DNA of 64,000 bases from Marsupella aquatica (lineage: Eukaryota > Plantae > Marchantiophyta), in assembly GCA_973895155.1 (NCBI GenBank), contig OZ316894.1, positions 15,306,699 through 15,370,698 on the forward strand. The letters are read 5' to 3'. A program made the position numbers and the translations under genes. Positions 37,201 to 46,480 of this stretch are shown piece by piece (the first letter of the stretch is position 1; the number at the start of each line of letters is the position of its first letter). The notes under the pieces were generated by a model. It was not told the origin of the DNA. It ran no database searches and saw only the letters and a program-made list of their open reading frames with translations.

Positions 37201-37427
37201 TCAGGCGTCCCTTGCCAATAACTCTGGCTCCTTCTAGGGTATGGATTATGTGATTTCTCTCTAGCTGCCCACCTACCTGGGACTTGATGAGGGCCCTGTG
37301 CATCTTGCACAGGTGCATTTTTCTGTGAGCCCCCTGCATCTGGGTCTCCATCCATATCCAATCTTTCCTCTTCACCCCACTCTCCAAGCCCCATGTCTGT
37401 CTCCATGTCATCACCCTCTTCCCCCAT
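34256..37427 (-). CDS. Spliced CACTA TnpA-like gene; exons include 37056-37427, 36060-36722, 35427-35708 and 34256-34849
   Basis: LKQERHRLKRMW...LDQWTRLI..FMSEAGQSKSELMSNARGKV...GRGSY (Transposase_24-like) and FHGKVVPDDHVVV...LPFP...AVGSLVLWP (C-terminal TnpA-type domain). Exon boundaries approximate. Confidence 0.72.
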
Positions 37428-37604
37428 AGCTTTTGCACAGCACCCACAACCAAACAGGGAGAATCAGCACACTAAATTCAAAGTATCAATCAATTTCATG
37501 CATATCCAACTATCCTAAACATCATTCCAGGCAGCAATTCCCGTTCTGTGACTCTGTGCAGGTAGTCATCCTCAACCTCATACTTGCCAATCGCCAGCTG
37601 TTGC

Positions 37605-40600
37605 CTATTGCAAATCATCAACCTCATCATATTCCATTTGCCCAGGTTCATCATATGTCTCTCTCAATGTTAAGGGGATGTAGTCAGTCCCTGCCCGAGT
37701 TGGAAGTACAGTCTCATGACTAGGATGCTCGAATGCAGCATGGTCATCCAAACTGAACTCTACTTTACTTCCATCCATCCGCCTATTCCGTGCTTGGCTA
37801 TGGCATACCACCCTCCAGCCATGTGACTCCTCCACATCTGCAAAGAAAGCCTGTTCAACTTGGCTAGGGAAAACAAAAGGCTCAGACCATTCTGGTACTC
37901 TGGACCTAAAATTGGCCAACAAGAACCCATCATGATCACGCTTCATGGTGGCCCTTGGTCTCTGCCACTCTGATTTCACCCATGATCCCTTCATCAATAT
38001 CACTGGGACACTTGTGTTACCATAATTCAACACCCAAATGTCGGTCAACTCCCCCACGTAACCCATCTTCATCCACCCCCTCTGTTCTTCAGAGGTTCTC
38101 TGCTCAAACACAGAAATCAAACCACAATCATATGATACACAATGGTCACCCTGCTCATCCCTCACTCGATAATGATTTCCATAAGCTCTCATCCGTTTGT
38201 AGGTCAGAATAGACAATCGTGGTGGCACAGATAGAAGATACAAATCCTTCTCCATATCTGGGTGATGTCTACTATGCTCTCGAATTGTCACCCGAATCCA
38301 CTGCTCGAACTGTGGGAAGGGATCCTGCTGCCCAGAGTGTGCAGCTTTTTGCATATCATATTCCCTGCAATATGAGGTACAGGCATAGTTAGGTCTAAAC
38401 AACACATGACAACCTAAGATCACCCTTGGAACAGACAAGAAGCATCACAACAAAGGCAAGTCAATTCAATCACTCACCTCCACCATGGTTGCATAGGCTC
38501 TGTGTTTGCCAGCACATATGAATGAGCCTTGTCTCGAATCGCAACAGGCAGCTGAACAGCACGTCCCACACCTTCAACAACCTCGCCACTCACTCCATCA
38601 TCTTCACCAGATTTCCAAACTCTTGTCATAGCTTCACCAGACCCAGCCATGTACTCTGTTAGGAATCCCAACGTCTCATCCTTAATGTACCCCAATGCCA
38701 TGGAAGCCTCTGGCCTGTAGTATGTTCTCACATGACCTTTCAACAACTTCATGTATCGCTCCATAGGGTACATCCATCTGGTACTGACTGGCCCATACTG
38801 CCCTAGCTCTTCTACCACATGGATTAGGAGATGAGTCATAACATCAAAGAAAGCAGGGGGGAAGTATATCTCCAAGTCACAGAGGACATAAGCAACATCC
38901 TGCTTCAACTGCTCCAATCCTTGGGGATCCCACACTTTCACACATATACAGCGAAATACATTGCACAGTCGAAGAATGACATTATGGACTGGTTTCTGCA
39001 TGAGACCTCTGAGGCATAGGGGCAGAATGTGCTGCATCAACACATGGTAGTCATGTGTTTTCATACTGCCAAGTTTATTCTTTGTAATATGCTTCTTGAA
39101 GGCACCAGCATAGCCAGAGGGCACTTTCAGACAGCTCAATCTATACAAGAATGTCTTCCATTCATCCTGTGTGCACACATAGGGAGCTTGGAACTTGAGA
39201 AGTACATTGGGATTGCTTGCATGGGGCTTCAACCAAAGGTGAGGGCGAATCCCCTTCTGTTGCATATCAGCTCGAACTGCTCCTGTATCTTTCTCACCCG
39301 ACAAGAACTTCAGCAAGCTCTCACAAATATTTTTCTCAATGTGCATGACGTCCACATTGTGTTTGCTGGGCTCGAATTCCTGCACTCCACAAAGCAAAGA
39401 ATTCAACAACAGAAACACTAATTAACCACATAGGAGGATTGTAACCAACATCAATCCACCATTGCTCCAATCTAAAATTGCAATCATACAGGGGCTGGAG
39501 GCTAAGTACATTACCCTCCAGTACTCCAACTCCAAGTCCATCAAGGTCTGTCTTTTCACACCGTGTTTCACCACAAGATCCTCAGGTTCTCAATCAGTGG
39601 CACTTCTCTTGTCCCAATCAGCCTTCCTGGCTGCCCACCTCAGGACTTGCTCTCTGGTGACCCTCTGTGGTGGGCCACGAAGCTCTGTTTTGTTGTTGAA
39701 GTGTGCAATTTGAGACCGTGTGTGCCTGTAAGGATGATCAACAGGCAGATACCTTCTATGCCCCTGAAATTTCATACTGTGCAGGGCATGCGACCACTCA
39801 CTTGTCACATTTTTCCCACATGGTGTGCACCCCACATAGCCCTTTGTCACTCGTCCAGATATGATGCCATGGCCTGGGTAATCTGCTATATCCAGCAAAC
39901 AAATTGCATGCAGTCTAAAGGGGCTGGGTTGAAGAAGCCCCTTCAGAACATCATGGGTTAACACCCCTTCTATCCACAAAGTCTTCCACTCTTCCACTGC
40001 TGGAGCCAACATGATATCTATGAATTGCTCGGTCATAGAAGCTGGTCCAGGGATTAACAGCACCATCATGACAAAAAACCTCTTTGTAGTCATCCATGGG
40101 GGAAGGTTGTAATTTAGCAGCGTAACCGGCCAACATGAATAACGGTTGTTTTTGTCTCCAAATGGGTTTACTCCATCCAGTGATAGACCAAATCTAAAGT
40201 TCCGCTTCTCTGCAACAAACTGTGGCCACCTCTCATCAACAAATTTCCAATGGTTGGAATCTCCAATGTGACGCTGCAGGCCATCACTGCTCTTGTTATC
40301 AGGAGTCCATGTCATCAGCTTGGAAATGGCAGGGCATCTAAACAGACGTTGTAGTCTAGGAATGAGAGGAAAATGACGAAGAACCTTGGCAGGGTGTGTA
40401 CATTTCCCTACATTCTTGTACCTGTGCTTACCACAATGAGGGCATGTCAATTTATCTGCATGCTCTTTGCGAAAGAGAACACACCCATCAGGGCATGCGT
40501 CAATAGACACATAGTTCAGCCCAAGGTTAGACATCAATTTCCTAGCCTTGTACATATTTTTTGGAATTGAATTACCTTCTGGTAACACATTTCGGCGCAG

Positions 40601-41317
40601 GAAGGTCAACAACTCTGTCACAAATATATTGGGAACATTGTGATTGCCACAGATGTTCAACAACAACACGACAAAACCCAGCTTGGAGCAGTTCGACCCC
40701 TCGTAGATAGGAATGCAAGCTTCTTTGATGTGTTTTGGGCCCCCAAACACCCACTCCCTCTCTGCTGCACCTTCCCCAATGTCAAAGTCAGGTTCAGCTT
40801 GGCCGTCGCCAATGTGTGGCTGCGGTTCATTGTCCTCTTCTGATTCCACTGTGTCGTAAAAAGCATCAAGGTCTTCAAAAATCTCTTGAACCATTCTTGG
40901 GACATCCATCCCACCGTCCTCAGTGACTGCCTCTCCATCTCCATCTTGGTCATCCACGTTCTCATGTTGGACCCCAGGACCATCCTCTGCACAGTCTATG
41001 TCCTGCTCTACGTAGTCTCTACGCCTAGCTGTATTAGAATCCACAAAGTCAGCTCTCCACTCTTCATCAGAGGAGTCTTCTTCTGCTGGTACATTCCAAA
41101 TCCTCCACCGAGGGTGCCTTTCATGCCGCAGCAGGTGAAGGTGCATAGTGTTCAAACTCAACGACTTGAATCCTTGGCACTGTGTGCATGGGCATCTCAT
41201 CCTCCTACTCCTACCTTGGGCGGCCTGGGCTTGTTCACGCATCCACAATTTAGAATCATGATGCCTAATCCTAAATGGGTTGTGAAGAGGCAACCTTGGA
41301 GCCATCACTATACACAC
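37605..41317 (-). pseudogene. CACTA TnpD-like transposase (Transposase_21, DUF4218 and DUF4216 regions), two introns, one premature stop
   Basis: CPCTQC, IDACPDGCVLF, LRHFPLIPRLQRLF, LSLDGVNPF, YNLPPW, DVMHIEKN, WMYPMERYMK, EPFVFPSQVEQAFF. GT..AG introns at about 39514-39380 and 38477-38366. TGA at 39590-39592 precedes the conserved HGVKR..LEYW. Confidence 0.93.
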
Positions 41318-41724
41318 GCACTCAGCACCCTGTCATTTTATTATGCAAGTGAAAAATACACTTCCTGTTAAGGATTTCACCCCCGACTGTACTTGCCAAA
41401 ATACGTAACGTTCCAAAAAAACAAAAAAACAAAAAATATAGGTGCCTGAGTCATGTACCTATTCTCAAGTGAATGAGACAAAATTCCTAAATGTTTGAGG
41501 GTGTCAACTCCTCCACTGTCCTCACATGTACTGCCTCTGCACGTACATCCATGACCATATCAGAGTCCAATCATGTATAGTCATAGACACAGGTGCCAGG
41601 TGCGAGACCGGTGTGAGATGTCCTCATCTTACTACCACATCAAATACGGATACCAATCCTGTTGTCGATGCCACTCAGCCCTGAGGTACTCAGGCATGTA
41701 CATTAAGTCATCAAGGTCTAAACC

Positions 41725-42177
41725 CTACTCATGCCATGGTGGTCTTCGATCCGTGCCTACAAGCAGTGGCAGCAGTGCCCTCCATGGTGCACATGTTGCT
41801 ACCAAGTCCCTCCACTGGGTACTAATTAGTCTATATTTGCAGATATCTTGTGCGCCAGACACCACAAGAACTATATCATCTACCAAATCAGGCAACAAGG
41901 AACCACCTACAGCATCGTGCTTGTCTAACTCATCTGCTGAAAAGTAAATGTCCTCTTCCGACTGTGCATCCTCATTCACCACAGCATTCACAACACATCC
42001 AAGGTCTGCAGGCATTATCTCGGATGGAGCTACACTCTGTCTGGTTACCAATCCACACAAGTAAGCCCAAGCAGTAGCCATGCACGATGCAACCCGTAGG
42101 AGGACCCTACATAGGGCCTGACGGTCTGGAAGAGGCAGCATACCCACCAAAGTCTTCAGCCAAACAGAGCCCAGCAA
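41725..42177 (-). CDS. Small F-box-like protein (CACTA cargo)
   Basis: SLLPDLVDDIVLVVSGAQDICKYRLISTQWRDLV fits the F-box consensus LP..L..I.......R.V.K.W..L. The frame continues past the TAG to about 41630. Confidence 0.6.
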   Translation of the reverse strand: MLGSVWLKTLVGMLPLPDRQALCRVLLRVASCMATAWAYLCGLVTRQSVAPSEIMPADLGCVVNAVVNEDAQSEEDIYFSADELDKHDAVGGSLLPDLVDDIVLVVSGAQDICKYRLISTQWRDLVATCAPWRALLPLLVGTDRRPPWHE

Positions 42178-42317
42178 GTAGATTCACAGTCACACCCCAC
42201 GCAGCAGAAAACAACAATCACTTCAACTGCGACCAACCATGACAAGATGAGTTAGTTCAAGGATCACATTTATTACAAAATTGTGATTTATACAAAAATA
42301 TGAGGGACTCCTACTCC

Positions 42318-43181
42318 TCACTCTCTCCCACCTTTGCTAAGCATACATCTCCGCTGAATCTTGGAGGGCCAGGCCTCAAAAATATCAAAGTCCCAAGCAT
42401 TCTGTCGCTTCCCTCTAGCTGCTGATTCCAGAAGCCAATCAGGGGAAAGCACCCAAAGATTGTTGTTCATGACAAAATCACGCACTGTTGTCTTAAAGAA
42501 TTTTCTGCATATTTTCATGTATGACAGACCTACAACATGAGTGGAGGTTTCTGTTAGACTCTCCTCCACTGTCCCACCTAGCTCAACAATTATAGACTTG
42601 TACAATCTGCACTTAGTCTCCCCAATTCCTTCTTCTGCAAATACCACACTGAACCCCTTCATAATGGTATTTCTCTCCTTGCCATGCTCATTCAATATAG
42701 CATCTGCACGCATAGGATGGTGTCCTATGTTGACAACAGGTCCATATTGGACAGAAGCAAAGTTGGGTTTCTCTGCCGCTGCTTCATAGGCTTCCTTTTC
42801 AGCCAAAGCCTTTGCAGTGGCCTCCTCACTCTCCCACAACTCATATTGCTCAGTACTCTGTACACACCTATGTTTAACAGAATCGGTCAGCCAAGAGACT
42901 TCAACTACTTTTAGACCTTGGTTGGTAATGGCAGAATCAATGAAGGACCATGACCACTTGTTCATCACATCCAGCCATGTCCCCGCAACAACATGTGTAG
43001 TCTGTGGAGTGATGTCCTTGACTTCAGTCCCATGGAACTCTGAGAATCGTTTTTGTACGATTGGCCAACTCACTTGGGTGAACCCATAGTGGCCAGGAAT
43101 CAAAATGGCTTTGATTCCAGCCAACAGAGGCGGGTGGTCAACCTTTGTACGTTTCCTAGAGGCCATGTACACACGGGCCAC
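42318..43181 (-). CDS. Tandem BRCT-domain protein, 287 aa (CACTA cargo)
   Basis: Two repeats: ..HGTEVKDITPQTTHVVA..LKVVEVSWLTDSV..TEQYEL and ..LGGTVEESLTETSTHVVG..VLSPDWLLESA. N-terminal basic RKRTK; intronless. Confidence 0.85.
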   Translation of the reverse strand: MARVYMASRKRTKVDHPPLLAGIKAILIPGHYGFTQVSWPIVQKRFSEFHGTEVKDITPQTTHVVAGTWLDVMNKWSWSFIDSAITNQGLKVVEVSWLTDSVKHRCVQSTEQYELWESEEATAKALAEKEAYEAAAEKPNFASVQYGPVVNIGHHPMRADAILNEHGKERNTIMKGFSVVFAEEGIGETKCRLYKSIIVELGGTVEESLTETSTHVVGLSYMKICRKFFKTTVRDFVMNNNLWVLSPDWLLESAARGKRQNAWDFDIFEAWPSKIQRRCMLSKGGRE

Positions 43182-43764
43182 CTAATCACTGCAGACCGGA
43201 AGATAATGCGTTCACCTGATAATCGGAGGGCCCTTAAAATGCTGCGTTTATAACTTGGTCCAGTCCAGTCGTCTGGTGAGTCTCTGCTCCGATTCCAAAT
43301 GGGAGAAATATTGGGACAAACGTACTAGACACCTGCAAGCATGCACCTCATAGTTTGAATATGTGCCTTCACAATATTGAAGGTGACAAGTGCAATTGTT
43401 TTGTGATGCCACATACAGATGTTGTAAATGGGCAGACATTCAATGAGAATACAAAATGTTGGTACACTTTAAGGGAATTCTCACAAATTAAATAGCCTTG
43501 TAACTTATATGCTCATAATGAGAAGTCCTGATTTAATTTAAGCAGTGTCATGTAAGTCGTGATCAAAATGATTGCAGAGTTAAAAAAGTTCCTAGAAGGC
43601 TTAAGGGGAGTTTTTGAAGGCATGTACCCAGGAACAAGTAATGAACTTAGGGTACTTGTTGCCTAAGCATCCTCTCCTACAGAGGTCCTTCTTCTCAAAA
43701 TTGGAATGTCTGCAATCTCCAAGGTATCCACATCAGGTGCACTATGCATGTACATTATTCAGGT

Positions 43765-44445
43765 TCAAAGCCAAGAAATGTGATCTCTCATGGGAGTGTG
43801 CAAAGTAGGATCTATGGCATGGCGATGACAATAGAAGATCCATCGATCAACACCATGTGCAGAGTGATCATAGATGTGTCTGTCACAAGCATAGCCTTTT
43901 GCTTGACGCTCCTTCAAACAATGAAAGTGCCACATGGTGGGACACCTAACACAGTGGACTATGTCCACCCAGAAATCTTCATCGTGCTGACCACATGCCT
44001 TGCACTTATGAAGTGGGCAAGCTGTGGCAAGATCGGGCAAACATGAAAAACAAAAGAACCTCACACAATATCTGTCAGGGCATTTCCTAACAAGTGGTGG
44101 AGCATCAACAGAGCCCTCATAAGACCCCAACTTCCCACACTGTGCACACTTAGCCTGCTTCTCCAAACAATCAGTGCACATCCAGCCTCCCTGGTGTGCT
44201 GACGGGAGGCCCACCCCTGGACAGTTGTTTTCTGCAGCAAGGTCAGACTCCGGGTTGAGGTGGAAATGCCTCATGCAAGGGCCCTCACATATGGCTAAGT
44301 CACCACCATCGTCACAAATGGCACAACAATGAGCTGCCTTCTGGAAAATCTGACTTGCGGAGAAGTTACTACCATCTGGCCCAACTACACCTGTGTTGCT
44401 CACCTCTGTCCCCCGCTTCTTGGCTCGGATTTTAGGGCGTGCCAT
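43765..44445 (-). CDS. Stand-alone EDM2-like composite PHD-finger protein, 226 aa (CACTA cargo)
   Basis: CAICDDGGDLAICEGPCMRHFH...CTDC...CAQCGKLGS...CPLHKCKAC...CVRCPTMWHFHCL...FYCHRHAIDPTLHTPMRDH parallels the EDM2 PHD cassette as I recall it (CAICDNGG..CEG.C.RSFH, CPLHKC, YC..HEID..L.TP.RDH). Confidence 0.85.
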   Translation of the reverse strand: MARPKIRAKKRGTEVSNTGVVGPDGSNFSASQIFQKAAHCCAICDDGGDLAICEGPCMRHFHLNPESDLAAENNCPGVGLPSAHQGGWMCTDCLEKQAKCAQCGKLGSYEGSVDAPPLVRKCPDRYCVRFFCFSCLPDLATACPLHKCKACGQHDEDFWVDIVHCVRCPTMWHFHCLKERQAKGYACDRHIYDHSAHGVDRWIFYCHRHAIDPTLHTPMRDHISWL

Positions 44446-45114
44446 GCCTACGCATGAGACAGATAGTACAATTTAGCAGAGTGCACAGACAATACAATTT
44501 AGTGCAGTGTACAAAAAGTACAGTGTAGCATATAGACTAGAGTGGCAATTGCTACTGCAATGAAATGTTCACACACATGTGCAGAGTAGACATACTTTTT
44601 GGTTTGTTGAGCCCACACTAAAAACTGATCCCCTCGTACAATAGCTCCACCTACACCTCAATTTTGTGGCTATGATTCACCAAAGGAGATCTGCAACAAG
44701 ATTTAATGCATTTGAATCACATATAACAGTCGTGACATGTAAAACAGGCATTTTTTGAACAGGATTGGTATCAAGCACTATGATCAGGGTTGTAATTTAT
44801 ACATCCTAAATAGGCTATGATAGTGAATGAGACAAATAAGTTAGGCAGAAATCACTTTTTCCAGGTTATCACATGGCCCATTAATTCCAGTCTTTGAAAG
44901 GAAACTTTTAAGTGAGCTTGCTAGCCTCTTAAATTAGGATATTGTACTTAGTGCAGCCATAATAGGATAAGTTATGTACTGTTGACCCTAAACCCTGGAC
45001 CCAAAATTGGTCATAATTCAAAATCTTAAGTAAATATCCTCTCTGTTCAAGTCAAAGTGTTAAGTTATAGGTCAATGGTCTCTGGTTTGTGCATGCGGTG
45101 TGACAAGTGGTCCT

Positions 45115-45564
45115 CTAGAGCGTGTGATCCAAACATGTGTAGACACCAAAGTGACCGGTGGTGGGGTCTGGGAGGGCAGGACAAGTGACATCGCCAGGCA
45201 CACTGCAGGATGGCGAGTGGTTCCAGATGATACATTGTGCTCTGTGAAAAAACCGACATCCAAGAGAACGGTCATCCAACTCTAGGCCAGAAGCCCTACA
45301 GGCAGGACAGTCATATTGGCAACTGTGCACACACCCTTGGGCCCTAATTTGTGGCGGGTCATGTACTAGAGACATAAATACCAAGGATGTTGGGAAGGGT
45401 GGAGAAGCAGGTACAGGCCGGCTGTAGTTGTTCCTGGCAACAACTGGGTACTCAAAGTACCATGCAGACTGGGCTGGAAGGATCCCAAGTCTGACATACT
45501 CAAGGCGCAACATCTCTGCCTTGCGTGCAAGCCGCACATGTTCAGCGTTGCGGGTCCTCACCAT
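45115..45564 (-). CDS. Hypothetical Cys/His-rich protein, 149 aa (CACTA cargo)
   Basis: ATG-initiated, same strand as the other cargo ORFs, CVHSCQYDCPAC and further Cys/His residues; no family recognised. Confidence 0.4.
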   Translation of the reverse strand: MVRTRNAEHVRLARKAEMLRLEYVRLGILPAQSAWYFEYPVVARNNYSRPVPASPPFPTSLVFMSLVHDPPQIRAQGCVHSCQYDCPACRASGLELDDRSLGCRFFHRAQCIIWNHSPSCSVPGDVTCPALPDPTTGHFGVYTCLDHTL

Positions 45565-46202
45565 AAGTGTTGCTTTTGTGGAGATGTCGTGTGTTCACGT
45601 CCTCTGATAAGCACCTTCGATCAGCAAGGTGAGCAGGAGCTGTACTTGCCTCACCAACAGCAACCAACCTTAAATTATCAGTTCCCACTCACTGTGTCAT
45701 TCCATTGGTTCTAGCTAGGGGTCACAGTGTAAACATAGCATGAAACACTCCTAATCAACTTGCTTACAAACTACAATATCCAGAAAGAGTGAAAGTCTCA
45801 CCCTCCAGTGAGCAGCAGAGAGGTAGTTCAGTAGATGTGTTGATGTGCAGTTAAACCTCCACTATTGCTTACTTCTGGTGTATGCTGCTCAGAAGAAGAC
45901 ATATTAGTAGCAGCAAATTGCAAATAATGGCCATAAGCAAACCATGAGAGTTTGCAGAATGCTACGACAAATCCATCACAGCAGTGCTCCACAGGAATGA
46001 AACCAAGCAAAATTTGGTGACCTCGGCCAATGACAAGGCCAATGTAGTGAACAATCCTTGACCGATCAGGATATGGATTGGAATTACAATTAGTCAGCTC
46101 TTCTTCTTTGTTTTCTAACTCTGGGGGAAATGAGCATGACCAGGGAATTCTCTGAGAAATAGAAGAATCGCTAAGTACAGTATTCTTAAGAGTAGTTTTG
46201 TT

Positions 46203-46480
46203 CTAATTCTGAAATCTACACATAGGACATTTATCATGAAAACTGAAGATCCATTTGACAACTCCATGATAGCCTATTCCGCATTGTGTCCGCCCCATGC
46301 AAGCAAGGGGTAACCATGAATGATTGTTCTGGAAGCAGTTGCGACAATGTTTTGGTTTTTTTCTCCTATCCAACTCAATAGCTCACAAACATGGCATTGG
46401 ACCCATTAACAAATTATACTTGCCATCATTCTCAACTGTATTACATGGCCCACACTGCTGACATCCCTGACTCTTAAGGG
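46203..46480 (-). pseudogene. Degenerate RING-like zinc finger remnant
   Basis: Manual translation (not in the ORF track): HCRNCFQNNHSWLPLACMGRTQCGIGYHGVVKWIFSFHDKCPMCRFQN*. Upstream TGA at 46383; one ligand Cys missing. Confidence 0.5.
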
